DNA of 64,000 bases from Geoglobus sp. UBA235 (GCA_002494725.1 DACG01000019.1:19407-83406); one strand, 5' to 3'; positions 9,233-18,676 are shown, counted from the first letter of the stretch. The notes: generated by a model not told the origin, from the sequence alone. Made by a program: numbers and translations.

Positions 9233-10135
9233 AATTCTGACAAGCTCACCAACACCCTCGCCTGTGTATGCCGATACCGCCAGTCTGTCCCTCATGTTGT
9301 GGAGATCTGATTTGCTGTATATCTCCACCACAGGAACTTCAAACTGACCTTTTATTTCCGAAAGCAGAGATAGCTGCTTTTCAAGCTGAAAACCACATGT
9401 TTCTGTAGGATCAATGACAAAAACAATAACGTCTGCAAGATGTCTCAGAGCAAGAATCGCCCGTCTTTCGATTCTGTTTCTCCTCTCTATCGGTCTGTCA
9501 AGAAGTCCTGGAGTGTCTATTATCTGAATTCTGCCTGCATCAAGTTCAATGTAGCCAACATATATTTCTTTGGTCGTGAAGGGGTAGCTTGCAATTTCCG
9601 GCTTTACCGTTGATATGATCGAGACTATGCTTGACTTGCCAACATTCGGATAACCCGCAAAGACTGCCGTGAAGTCATCACTCAGAGTTGGAATCTCCCT
9701 CATCTTCTGCTTTGCCTCATTCAGAAATCTCAGTTCATCGTCAATCTGCTCTATTATCGATGCAATTCTCCCGTAAACCTCCTTCAGGACATTTTCAGGA
9801 TTCTGACCCCCCTTTATTCTCCTTACTCCTCCTGATATTATCTTCTGAGTCATGGAGTTCGCCCATTTCAGCGAGGCGAGACTTTTCCTCAGCTGTCCTA
9901 TTCCAACAACAGCATCAACCATCTCCCTGTAAAAGGGGTCGAGATTGTCATAAGATGGATGTTCGGAAACAATTCTGGTGAAGTAGCTCTCAAGAACGTT
10001 TGAAACTGTTGAAAGCTTGTTCAGAGCTTTTTCCTTTCTGCTTCTCCCTGCAACTCTGGAAGCTCTCCTGAATGCCTTGTCGATCAGCTCCTGGGATGTG
10101 AGAACTGTTGGAAGCTTTCTGGGATTGAATGTCAT
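9182..10135 (-). CDS. NOG1-family GTP-binding protein
   Basis: 317 aa. It has an N-terminal NOG1-like region, G1 GYPNVGKSS and G3 DTPGLLD. There is a 51-nt convergent overlap with the previous gene. Confidence 0.8.
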   Translation of the reverse strand: MTFNPRKLPTVLTSQELIDKAFRRASRVAGRSRKEKALNKLSTVSNVLESYFTRIVSEHPSYDNLDPFYREMVDAVVGIGQLRKSLASLKWANSMTQKIISGGVRRIKGGQNPENVLKEVYGRIASIIEQIDDELRFLNEAKQKMREIPTLSDDFTAVFAGYPNVGKSSIVSIISTVKPEIASYPFTTKEIYVGYIELDAGRIQIIDTPGLLDRPIERRNRIERRAILALRHLADVIVFVIDPTETCGFQLEKQLSLLSEIKGQFEVPVVEIYSKSDLHNMRDRLAVSAYTGEGVGELVRILKNLAEGESGNVAGNN

Positions 10136-10256
10136 TACTGTAAAGGCTGTTGGGATTTGTTTAAAATGTTATTCCGCCAGAAACCTTAAATCTGTTTAAT
10201 TGCTGGAAAAATATATAAACTATTTCGATGAGATGAATTGAAAGGAGGGATGGAAA

Positions 10257-11159
10257 ATGGAGCTTGAACTCACCCAGATTCAGAAGGACATCCTTTACGC
10301 TCTTGTCACAATATACAAGAACAAGGGGGGAGGAAGTGTCAAGGGAGAGGAGATTGCAGAGCTGATCAACAGAAATCCGGGGACTGTAAGAAATCAGATG
10401 CAGGCCTTGAGATCGCTTGGGCTCGTTGAAGGTGTTCCGGGGCCAAAAGGTGGTTACAGGCCCACGTCAAAGGCATATGAAATGCTCTCAATTACGAGCT
10501 ATGAGGAATCTGTCAAGGTCCCTGTTGTTGTTAATGGTGAGCCTCAAGATGATCTCTCAGCTGAGGAGATTGATTTTCCAACACTTTCCCATCCAAAGGT
10601 CTGTCAGGCAAGAATCAGAATAATCGGAAACATAAGAAAAATCTCACCCAATGACAGAATTGTTGTCGGACCCACACCCGTTAATGAGCTCATGGTCTTT
10701 GGGAAGGTTGTTGGGAGAGATGATACGGAGAATACCGTCGTCATAGACATAGAGAAGATAGTTGCACTGCCAAAGGAGACAGTTGGGGAGTACATGTCAA
10801 CTCCCATACACACGATAAAGGCAGATGAGGTGGTGGAGAACGCTGCAAAGGAGCTTGCTGAAAGGGGAATATACTGCATGCCTGTTGTGAAGGGAAGCGA
10901 GTTTGTCGGCATATTCACCCTTGATCATGTTGCAGAGGCTGTAAAGGAGGGTAAGCTGAAAGGAGCTGTTGAGGAGGTTATGAGACCAAAAATAGTCTCT
11001 GTTGAGAAGGATATCACTCTTGGAGAGGCCCTCAGAATAATGAATGATGAGAATGTAAGAATACTCGTTGTGAAGTCCGGAGGAAAGCCTGTTGGAGTGA
11101 TAACAGACCAGAAGATACTCAAACAGATTGCTCCTGAGCATGCAAAAACAGCCATTTAG
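10257..11159 (+). CDS. CBS-domain protein with N-terminal winged-helix domain (COG2524-like regulator)
   Basis: 300 aa. The N-terminal wHTH-like GEEIAELINRNPGTVRNQMQALRSLGLV is followed by a tandem CBS pair. Confidence 0.7.
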   Translation: MELELTQIQKDILYALVTIYKNKGGGSVKGEEIAELINRNPGTVRNQMQALRSLGLVEGVPGPKGGYRPTSKAYEMLSITSYEESVKVPVVVNGEPQDDLSAEEIDFPTLSHPKVCQARIRIIGNIRKISPNDRIVVGPTPVNELMVFGKVVGRDDTENTVVIDIEKIVALPKETVGEYMSTPIHTIKADEVVENAAKELAERGIYCMPVVKGSEFVGIFTLDHVAEAVKEGKLKGAVEEVMRPKIVSVEKDITLGEALRIMNDENVRILVVKSGGKPVGVITDQKILKQIAPEHAKTAI

Positions 11160-12157
11160 TCCTCAACCTTTTGCTGATTTTGAGTGGATGTGTAGTAGTT
11201 GTATATTGCAGTCAGGAGTGCTGCCAGCATTGGTGTTAGGAAGAATCCGCTCACACCCGCCACAAGTCCACCACCAATGAATGAAATCATAAGAACAAGA
11301 GGATGAACCTTTGAGGTGTAGCCAACAAAGTATGGCCTGAGAACGAGTTCGGGGATTATGTAGAGAAAGATACCTCCGATGGCCAGAAACCACACGGCCT
11401 TCAGCGGATCCTGAAAGAAAAGGTAAATCGAGACTGGAAGTATGACCATCCATTCAGCGAACACGGGAATCAGGGCTGCAAGAAACATGAGGCCGCTTAA
11501 GAGGGGTGCGTAGGGAATTCCAAAATATATAAAGTACGGTATTGATGCCATCCCTATGAGCAGTGCCGCAACAAAATTCCCGAACCAGAGGTTTGTGAAG
11601 GTTCTATCCAGTTCATCAAAGAATCCCTTGGCAGACTCGTCTGTAAAAACTGCACCTATTATCCTGTCTGCAACCCTCTTTCCATCGAGGATTGAATAGA
11701 AGCAGACAATTGTTGAGATGAAGAAATTCATGATGAAGAAGATGAACTTGGTTGTTATGTTCACAGCAATGTCCCCAAGGCTTTTGTTGATGAAAGAGAG
11801 AAACTGATCGAAAAGGGGTTTGACTATTCCCGCGGTCTCGGGGTCGAGCTGTGAGATGAAGGTGTTGAGATACGTGACATAGTCCTGAAGATTTCTCAAA
11901 ATTGATATGAGCTGGGACACGCCCTGAAAAATGCCATAAAAAAGGAAGACGAAGAGGGGGACGGCAATGACCATTGTAGATATGAAGGCAGATATGGCAT
12001 CTCCCGTAACCTTTCTGAGCCTTGAGTGCATGGGTCTCGCAACATAAGCAAGAACAATTCCGAGAATTATTCCGTCAAGAAGGGGGGTCAGGAGGTAAAG
12101 GAATATCAGTATGAGGGTGACAACAGTTAGGAGAAGAATAATTCTATTCCTTTCCAT
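11156..12157 (-). CDS. AI-2E/PerM (UPF0118) family membrane transporter
   Basis: 333 aa, multi-TM, with PerM-like organisation. Confidence 0.72.
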   Translation of the reverse strand: MERNRIILLLTVVTLILIFLYLLTPLLDGIILGIVLAYVARPMHSRLRKVTGDAISAFISTMVIAVPLFVFLFYGIFQGVSQLISILRNLQDYVTYLNTFISQLDPETAGIVKPLFDQFLSFINKSLGDIAVNITTKFIFFIMNFFISTIVCFYSILDGKRVADRIIGAVFTDESAKGFFDELDRTFTNLWFGNFVAALLIGMASIPYFIYFGIPYAPLLSGLMFLAALIPVFAEWMVILPVSIYLFFQDPLKAVWFLAIGGIFLYIIPELVLRPYFVGYTSKVHPLVLMISFIGGGLVAGVSGFFLTPMLAALLTAIYNYYTSTQNQQKVED

Positions 12158-12845
12158 GAGATGATTTTAGGTGCCTCACATATAATACACTTTTCCTGAT
12201 AATTCCAGCCATGTGATTCACCTCATGTTTTGAAAGTGCAGCCTTGCCAAGTGCTCTTTTCAGAATTACCCTCGATTTCTCGATCCTGTGCTTTGGATAC
12301 CAGACCTCCCTCATAAGCTCCTCAAAGTAATTCACAAGAACGTCAACATCTTTCTGAGTTGCTGACTCGGTAACATGCTCGAGAGAGATATCTGACAGCT
12401 CGTAAAGTATAACGGCTGCAGCATGGCTCACATTCATAACAGGATAATCATCAGATGTGGGGATGCTGACAACGGCATTGCAGAGCTTTATCTCCTCATC
12501 AAAAAGACCGAAATCCTCTCTTCCGAAAAGTATGGCTGAATTTTCCGTGAAGAGTTCCCTGAGCTGTCTGGGGGTTATTGCCTTTCTGATGTAGTTCCCC
12601 ACATTGTATCCCCTCATTCCCGTTGTTGCAGCTGCAAAGCTTTTCTCTGCCAGATAATCCTCAAGGCTCTCGATTATTCTCGCATTCTCTATCACATCCC
12701 TTGCATGGGATGCGGTTATGTAGCTCTCCTTTGCAACATTGCATCTGTAAAGAACCAGATTCCTGAAACCGAAATTCTTCATAACTCTTGCAATGAATCC
12801 GATGTTTTCAGGAATTTTCAGCTCAACAAGCACAACATCAATCAT
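12144..12845 (-). CDS. SpoU-class tRNA/rRNA 2'-O-methyltransferase (TrmJ/LasT-like)
   Basis: 233 aa. It has ENIGFIARVMKNFG, ILFGREDFGL and MNVSHAAAVILYE SPOUT motifs. Confidence 0.75.
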   Translation of the reverse strand: MIDVVLVELKIPENIGFIARVMKNFGFRNLVLYRCNVAKESYITASHARDVIENARIIESLEDYLAEKSFAAATTGMRGYNVGNYIRKAITPRQLRELFTENSAILFGREDFGLFDEEIKLCNAVVSIPTSDDYPVMNVSHAAAVILYELSDISLEHVTESATQKDVDVLVNYFEELMREVWYPKHRIEKSRVILKRALGKAALSKHEVNHMAGIIRKSVLYVRHLKSSHGKE

Positions 12846-13471
12846 AGAAACATTCTGGCAAATTTAAGAGCAAGCTTCACATGCTCGTTTGCACTGTTCA
12901 CGGGCTCATCATGTCCCGGATACATGATCTCAACATCAAACTCGGAAAGCCTTTTCAGCGATTCAATCATCTCAACTGCATTTCCTCCAGGGAAATCAAC
13001 CCTCCCAAAACCCCCATTTGGAAATACCGTATCCCCCGTGAACATCAGCCTTTCACCCTCATCGTAAAGGCATATGCTGCCGGGAGTGTGGCCCGGTGTA
13101 TGGATGACCTCCAGTTTCAGTTTGCCAAGGTCTATGACATCTCCTTCCTTGAGAAGTGAATCTGCCTCAAATGGAGGGAAATTTATTCCGAAGAATGATG
13201 AGGAGAAGTTCTGAAGTTTTGCGAAGTCATATTCCTTTTCGTGCAGCATAACTTTTGCATTGCTCACCTCTCTCAGATCCCTTGTGGCTGATGCATGATC
13301 GAAGTGGGTGTGGGTCAGAATTATGTAGTCCAGCTCCTTAACATCAATATACCCTGAAACTGCCCTGTGAATGAAGTCAAAATCTCCTCCAACATCAACA
13401 AGAGCTTTCTTCTCATCAAGAATTAAGTAGACATTTGCCCCAAGCGGCGGGGCCACGATCCTCTCTATCAT
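12842..13471 (-). CDS. MBL-fold metallo-hydrolase (glyoxalase II-like)
   Basis: 209 aa. It has THTHFDH and a downstream HTPGHTPG. Confidence 0.8.
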   Translation of the reverse strand: MIERIVAPPLGANVYLILDEKKALVDVGGDFDFIHRAVSGYIDVKELDYIILTHTHFDHASATRDLREVSNAKVMLHEKEYDFAKLQNFSSSFFGINFPPFEADSLLKEGDVIDLGKLKLEVIHTPGHTPGSICLYDEGERLMFTGDTVFPNGGFGRVDFPGGNAVEMIESLKRLSEFDVEIMYPGHDEPVNSANEHVKLALKFARMFL

Positions 13472-13734
13472 ACCAATTCCTGCGCCTCTATTTCAACACT
13501 CTCAACATCATCAATCTTCTGAATCTCCTCGATGAGCCTGTCTCCAATACCCTCTTCATCCGGCATGACAGCGGCAACAAGCAGGGCTTTCAGACCAAAG
13601 GCAATTGGCTGAATTCCAAAGTCCGCTATCTCAACATTTTCAGGCTTAACCGCATTTACCTTCTCTTTCAGAGCCTTCAGGTCCACATCAACATCCCTGG
13701 GCATAACCCTAAGCTTCATGAATACCTTACCCAT
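13468..13734 (-). CDS. ef1b: Elongation factor 1-beta
   Basis: 88 aa. MGKVFMKLRVMP...IAFGLKAL...VESVE is characteristic of aEF-1beta. Confidence 0.9.
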   Translation of the reverse strand: MGKVFMKLRVMPRDVDVDLKALKEKVNAVKPENVEIADFGIQPIAFGLKALLVAAVMPDEEGIGDRLIEEIQKIDDVESVEIEAQELV

Positions 13735-13743
13735 CTCACCACC

Positions 13744-13905
13744 TCACGGCCCTTCAAATCCACAGCTCTCACATACGTAGGGATTGCCAAGCCTCCTGCA
13801 CTTCTTACACCTGTAAATCGTTTCCCCACACGATGGACAGAGGAATGCAACATAATTCGTGCCAATGAGATTCGCGTTGCACGTCACGCACTTGTATATC
13901 TCCAC
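13744..13905 (-). CDS. Zn-ribbon RNA-binding protein (COG2888-like), 53 aa
   Basis: Not in the ORF track. My translation from GTG 13905 gives VEIYKCVTCNANLIGTNYVAFLCPSCGETIYRCKKCRRLGNPYVCESCGFEGP. It has four CxxC pairs and is preceded by GGAGGTGA. It occupies the position upstream of ef1b that is conserved in archaea. Confidence 0.7.
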   Translation of the reverse strand: MEIYKCVTCNANLIGTNYVAFLCPSCGETIYRCKKCRRLGNPYVCESCGFEGP

Positions 13906-13909
13906 GTCA

Positions 13910-14503
13910 TCACCTCCCGATCACGGTAGTGCCGAAAGCTATCCCTTTCATTATATAATCTTTTACCCTTCCCCTTGCAAAGCCGTTGCATATGAACATG
14001 TCTCTGCCGTATCTCTCAAGAAGGACTGGTGTGAATCTGTCAATGCAGGTTTCAAAATTGATCTCTCTGGCTTTTATCTCCTGAACAACCCTGCCATCCA
14101 CCACAATCCCATCCACATCCGTCACCTTGATTATTTTCTCGGCATTCATTTTCTCAGCAATCCACACTGCAATGCTATCAGAAGTAACATCCCAGCTGTG
14201 GGGAAGTTCATCATACCTTTTAAGGAGAATGTAAGGGAGGATGATTTTCACTCCATCCACTCTGAAATTGAGATCCTGAGGTTCGATAACCTCTGCATAT
14301 TTCGAGAGATAATAACCGTATAGGTTCATTGCCTCAATCGCCATCCAGTGGGCTGAGTCATCATCAACATTCATTTCCCTTATTCTCTCAGCAAAAATCC
14401 ATCCTCCGGGAACAACGAGGATGTTATCCCCGGTTTCATTTAGCTCATCAAACACCTCTTTTGCCACCCTGACCACACTTCCGCCAATCTTAACAACGAT
14501 CAT
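13910..14503 (-). CDS. mfnE: Amino-acid-kinase-fold protein, MfnE-like (methanofuran F1-phosphate kinase candidate)
   Basis: 197 aa. It has a VVKIGGS N-terminus and an LVVPGGW motif. It is overlap-coupled to an MfnF-like gene. Confidence 0.5.
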   Translation of the reverse strand: MIVVKIGGSVVRVAKEVFDELNETGDNILVVPGGWIFAERIREMNVDDDSAHWMAIEAMNLYGYYLSKYAEVIEPQDLNFRVDGVKIILPYILLKRYDELPHSWDVTSDSIAVWIAEKMNAEKIIKVTDVDGIVVDGRVVQEIKAREINFETCIDRFTPVLLERYGRDMFICNGFARGRVKDYIMKGIAFGTTVIGR

Positions 14504-15437
14504 ACCTCTCTACCAGCCTTGCAATTGCGTAAGCAGGAAATATGTCTGAAATATCTCCAAATTCTTCCCTCAATGAGACATACTCCATTTCTGCAATTTC
14601 GGCAGACTTCTCAAGCACCACCTCACCAATTCCACACCCAACAACAAGATCAATCCCAAATTTTCTCCTCTTTTCGATGAATGCCTCCGAAATTCTTCTC
14701 ACCATCTCGTTTTTTATTTCGAGTGCCTTCTCCTTCAGAAACTCATCTCCCAGCTCTTTCCTGTCAGCACAGAACTGTCTTGCAAATCTCTGGTAGCATT
14801 CCTCAACTCCCTTCCCCCTCCCGTCAGGTGTGTCACAGGTGTAGGCTCTCTCATCAATGACCCCGAGAATCCTCATGACATCTGCAGTTATTGAAAAGAA
14901 CTCTGATGAGACGTTTTCATTCATCAGAAAAAAAGATGGTGTTCTCAGCATCCCGAAGTAGAGGAGCTCTTTATTCCTCAATCTCTCAAAATCTGTTTTT
15001 CCAGCCATAATTTTTCTGTTCAAAACAGGAATGATATCGGTTGTTGTGGATCCCATGTCTGCAAAGATGAAACTCGAAAAATTTTCGGTTAAAGACTTCA
15101 CACTTGCAATCCAGTTTGAGGCTGAGAAGTTGAGAGGATCATCTATCTTCTTTTTCAGATTACCATCAAGATCTATGAAAAATACATCACCAAAAACCCT
15201 CTCTGAGATTGAGGCGATGTATCTGATTCCCTCCTCCTTGGATGTGAACGAATCTGCAAGCTCTGCTGTTATCACAACTCCCGTTTTACCCTTCAGATTC
15301 AGATCTCTGAGAAAGTTCTCGAGATTTTCCCGCTCAAGCCACATCGGAAAGTAATGGATCTCGGCCTTCCCATTACTTCCTCTGTAAACCTTGATGTTTG
15401 CTCCGCCTATATCGACTCCGTTACAGAAAATCTTCAA
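14490..15437 (-). CDS. mfnF: Hydantoinase-like H4MPT-linked C1 pathway protein, MfnF-like
   Basis: 315 aa. It has an ASKHA-type N-terminus GVDIGGANIKV and a later DMGSTTTDI motif. Confidence 0.5.
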   Translation of the reverse strand: MKIFCNGVDIGGANIKVYRGSNGKAEIHYFPMWLERENLENFLRDLNLKGKTGVVITAELADSFTSKEEGIRYIASISERVFGDVFFIDLDGNLKKKIDDPLNFSASNWIASVKSLTENFSSFIFADMGSTTTDIIPVLNRKIMAGKTDFERLRNKELLYFGMLRTPSFFLMNENVSSEFFSITADVMRILGVIDERAYTCDTPDGRGKGVEECYQRFARQFCADRKELGDEFLKEKALEIKNEMVRRISEAFIEKRRKFGIDLVVGCGIGEVVLEKSAEIAEMEYVSLREEFGDISDIFPAYAIARLVERYDRC

Positions 15438-16173
15438 GGCTCACACCCCTGAACTCAAAGCTCTCAAAGTCCCTTGCCAGGGGATACTTGGTGTTTGGTG
15501 GATAGAAGTGGCCAACGTGAATGAAAAGGGTTTTCTTTGCCCTGAGCTTCTTTGCAAGGGTAAATGCCTCTCCAGCGTTCATGTGCTTTTTAAGCCTGTA
15601 ACCTTCCGGAGCTATTGCATCAACAATCAGCAAATCGGGATTAAGCATTTCATCAATGCTTTTTTCAGGAATTGACGGATTTGTGTCGCCGGTTATGACT
15701 ACCTTCTTGCCCCTGTAATTGAGAATGATACCATGAGATCTTCTCATCGGTGGATGGGTAACATCAACAAGGGTTATGTCAACTCCAAAGAGATTAAACG
15801 GCTCGTAGCATTCAACCTGCTTCTCCCTGTATTTCATGAAAAACATGAATCTACCAACATCCTCAAGCACCTCTCCACTGCTGTAAACACTGACATTGCT
15901 CTGAACTCTGTAGAAATCTCCAAATCCAGCGAAGTGATCGTAGTGGGAGTGTGTCCATATAACTGCATCAACCCTGTCAACATTGGCCTTTAAAAGCTGC
16001 TTTCTCATGTCAGGGGAGGTGTCGATCAGTATGGTTTTTCCATCATTCTCAACAAGAATTGAGAATCTGAGCCTCTCCCAGCCCTTTTTCCTTGCATCCT
16101 GACATGTCTTGCAGTGGCACCCTATTACCGGTGTCCCGGGGGAGTCTCCGGTTCCAAGTATTGTCAGCTTCAT
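15421..16173 (-). CDS. MBL-fold metallo-hydrolase (PhnP/PqqB-like)
   Basis: 250 aa. It has an N-terminal Cys cluster GCHCKTC and an HSHYDH motif. Confidence 0.7.
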   Translation of the reverse strand: MKLTILGTGDSPGTPVIGCHCKTCQDARKKGWERLRFSILVENDGKTILIDTSPDMRKQLLKANVDRVDAVIWTHSHYDHFAGFGDFYRVQSNVSVYSSGEVLEDVGRFMFFMKYREKQVECYEPFNLFGVDITLVDVTHPPMRRSHGIILNYRGKKVVITGDTNPSIPEKSIDEMLNPDLLIVDAIAPEGYRLKKHMNAGEAFTLAKKLRAKKTLFIHVGHFYPPNTKYPLARDFESFEFRGVSLEDFL

Positions 16174-16175
16174 GT

Positions 16176-17411
16176 TCAGTAGGAGTTTTTCAGGGTTATT
16201 CTTTCCCTGACATCCTCAACAGCCTTTATCAGATCATCCATCGTCAGCTCCTTTCTGCCCTCCATCAGAGCTGAAAGCACAGCCTCCCTGACAACAAGCT
16301 TAACCTCAGCTCCTGTGAAACCTTCTGTCATCTTGACAAGCTCATCAATTCTGTAATCTCCTGGTATTCTCTCGAGTGTCAGCTCAAATATTCTTTTTCT
16401 CACATTCTCAGATGGCTCTGGAAACTCAACTATCTTGTCAAACCTCCTCCATACTGCTGAATCGAGAAGACTTGGATGGTTTGTGGCTGAGATTAGAAGC
16501 ACACCATGATCAACAAGGTTTATTTCATCTATGGATTTCAGGAGGGTGTTGACCGCTCTCTTGACAGCAGCATGCTCATCGCTCGTCCTTGTTTTTGCAA
16601 CGTAATCAAACTCATCAATGAAAAGTATGCATGGGGACAGTCTCTTTGCGATCTCGAACACCTTTTCTATGTTCTTTGAGGTCTCGCCCAAGAACTGACT
16701 GGTTATCATTGAGAGCTTAACCTCCACAAGAGGCAGAAGAAGCTTCTTGCTCAGGTATCTTGCAGTGGTTGTTTTTCCAGTTCCCGGTGGTCCGATGAAC
16801 AAAAGCTTACCTATCTCTTTGAGTCCAACATTTCTCAGCCATTCCCTCTCCTCAATTGCGATCTCTATCTTTCTTATCTCATCCATCTGATCCTCATCAA
16901 GAACAACCTTTGAAATGTCATCATCCAGATCCTCAGGGGAGAATATTCTCACAAGTCCGAGCATTTCTGCTGTTGACTCATCCTTCTTGAACTCCTCAAT
17001 AACTCCCTTCAGCCATTCTGAATCGCTGTACTTCGGCTTGTTGTATTTCTTTGCCTCCTCATAAGAAACTCCGGTGGAATCGTAGTTTTCGTAAAAGTAA
17101 GCCAAGACAGGGTTTCTTTTTATAAGTTCAATTCCATTTTTCAGCATCCACTTGACTGCAATCTCAAAGGCGGTTATCTTCACCTGCCTGTTGAAGGCAT
17201 TGATGTCAACAAATGGGAGCTTTCTGAGCTCCTTTTCATCGTAATCAACAAATCCCTTCAGTATGTTCTCCTTTACAACGAGGGGTCTTCTGATACCTCC
17301 GTTTGTGTAGAAAACCTTTCTCATTTCCTTCGGTATATCATCCTCTGTGAGATTTTCATGCCTGTTGAATATCTCTGCTGTTAGCAGGAGCTCTACCACC
17401 CTTGCAATCAT
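16176..17411 (-). CDS. AAA-family ATPase with an unrecognised ~190-aa N-terminal domain
   Basis: It has Walker A GPPGTGKTT, Walker B ILFIDEFD, and second-region-of-homology ATNHPSLLDSAVWRRF. I prefer ATG 17411, 6 nt after GAGGTG, over the track's GTG 17420. Confidence 0.8.
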   Translation of the reverse strand: MIARVVELLLTAEIFNRHENLTEDDIPKEMRKVFYTNGGIRRPLVVKENILKGFVDYDEKELRKLPFVDINAFNRQVKITAFEIAVKWMLKNGIELIKRNPVLAYFYENYDSTGVSYEEAKKYNKPKYSDSEWLKGVIEEFKKDESTAEMLGLVRIFSPEDLDDDISKVVLDEDQMDEIRKIEIAIEEREWLRNVGLKEIGKLLFIGPPGTGKTTTARYLSKKLLLPLVEVKLSMITSQFLGETSKNIEKVFEIAKRLSPCILFIDEFDYVAKTRTSDEHAAVKRAVNTLLKSIDEINLVDHGVLLISATNHPSLLDSAVWRRFDKIVEFPEPSENVRKRIFELTLERIPGDYRIDELVKMTEGFTGAEVKLVVREAVLSALMEGRKELTMDDLIKAVEDVRERITLKNSY

Positions 17412-17453
17412 TGACAACACCTCACAATCCCAAAGCTTACTATCGGTTGGTTT

Positions 17454-18233
17454 TTAACCTTTTTGGAGATGACCTTCCACAATCTCAAAACCAAGATTCT
17501 CGTCAACAAGCGTTCTTATCAGATCCTCAATCAGCGACTCTGTGACAACGGCAACAACACCACTCCCCTGATGTGCTGCCTCAATGCATACATTCTTGGC
17601 TCCGAAGAATATCGGCTCCACTCCTGCCTTCCTGCATGAGACGAGAGCTTCAAACCCCATGGCAACAACTATGTGTCTTCTTTTTTCCTTTATTATTCTC
17701 CTAAGCAGGTCAATGTCTGCATTTCTGCTGCCGCCGCTCTCAACCATGGGTATTCTGAAAACCACGATCTCTCCCTTTGATGGTGGGGTGAACTGTCCTC
17801 CCGGCTTCACAAGCACATCCTCACCGTCATCAGCATCACTCATGGCAACGCCATTTCCTTCCGGATTCTCTCTGGCATATATGAAGCCATCCTCAAACCA
17901 GTATTCAACCCTCTCACCACTCCTTATTCTGCCCATTGCAAGAGCCACAATTGATGAGGAATGCACGCGGTTCAGAACTTCCTGGGTGAAGAGGTGCAGA
18001 TCGAGAAGGTTTCTGTTCAGCCACTCCCTGCCCTTTTCTGTGAGTTCGTAATAACCTTTATGTATAACACTCACCATCCCTTCAGCAATGAGCTCCTTGA
18101 AGTGCTCCGAAACCGCCTGAGGGGTTACGCTTATCTTTCTTGCAATATCTCTCTGATTGCACTCAGGATTTTTCATGAGCTCTGACAGTATCAGCAGCCT
18201 GACTGTATCTTTTCTGCTCAGCAGAACCTTCAT
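17454..18233 (-). CDS. Predicted transcriptional regulator, N-terminal wHTH (COG1497-like)
   Basis: 259 aa. NQRDIARKISVTPQAVSEHFKELIAEGMV is a MarR/ArsR-like wHTH. I do not recognise the C-terminal ~170 aa. Confidence 0.6.
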   Translation of the reverse strand: MKVLLSRKDTVRLLILSELMKNPECNQRDIARKISVTPQAVSEHFKELIAEGMVSVIHKGYYELTEKGREWLNRNLLDLHLFTQEVLNRVHSSSIVALAMGRIRSGERVEYWFEDGFIYARENPEGNGVAMSDADDGEDVLVKPGGQFTPPSKGEIVVFRIPMVESGGSRNADIDLLRRIIKEKRRHIVVAMGFEALVSCRKAGVEPIFFGAKNVCIEAAHQGSGVVAVVTESLIEDLIRTLVDENLGFEIVEGHLQKG

Positions 18234-18317
18234 CAGGAAAATTCAGCCCGAAAAATTTTAAAGCTTTCTGATCAGATGTATTTAAAAAAGCTTACAGATA
18301 GCAAGAAAATCTCACAG

Positions 18318-18333
18318 TACGTATAGATACGTA
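18318..18333. promoter_or_regulatory. Inverted repeat TACGTAT-AG-ATACGTA in a divergent intergenic region
   Basis: Perfect 7-bp arms located between the wHTH regulator (-) and the UPF0058 gene (+). Confidence 0.3.
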
Positions 18334-18400
18334 TTTAGCCAAAGTAATGATAAATAAAGCTTTTATACGGTATGATAATGAGGAATTTTGGTGGTGCTGA

Positions 18401-18676
18401 ATGCACAAAGAAGAGTTGGTCTTCCTGCATTTAACACTGTTCCATGTTAAGAGATTTCTTGAAGAAGCTGGACTCACAAACGGTTATTTCAGGGAGTATG
18501 AGGAGCTTGGTGTACAGCCCGTACACATCCACAAAAGCAAGAACGACCACAAGAGGGCGATATTCCTTCTCTGCAGAGGGCTCAATGAGATGCTGAGCGA
18601 GAAGGATCACGGCAACCTGCTTTCAAACCCAAGACTGAGAGAGGTCATCAGTCTTGTCGAGGTACAGGTGCATTAA
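18401..18676 (+). CDS. UPF0058-family small protein
   Basis: 91 aa. The MHKEELVFLHLTLFHVKRFLEE N-terminus resembles my recollection of UPF0058. It lies next to rimI and a UPF0146 gene, as I recall for A. fulgidus. Confidence 0.5.
   Translation: MHKEELVFLHLTLFHVKRFLEEAGLTNGYFREYEELGVQPVHIHKSKNDHKRAIFLLCRGLNEMLSEKDHGNLLSNPRLREVISLVEVQVH

Noticed and set aside
18341-18400. C/D-box-like AUGAUAA...AUGAUAA...CUGA upstream of the UPF0058 gene
   Set aside because: The box sequences are degenerate, the spacers are ~18 nt rather than ~12 nt, and the CUGA abuts the start codon. It is more likely promoter or RBS sequence.
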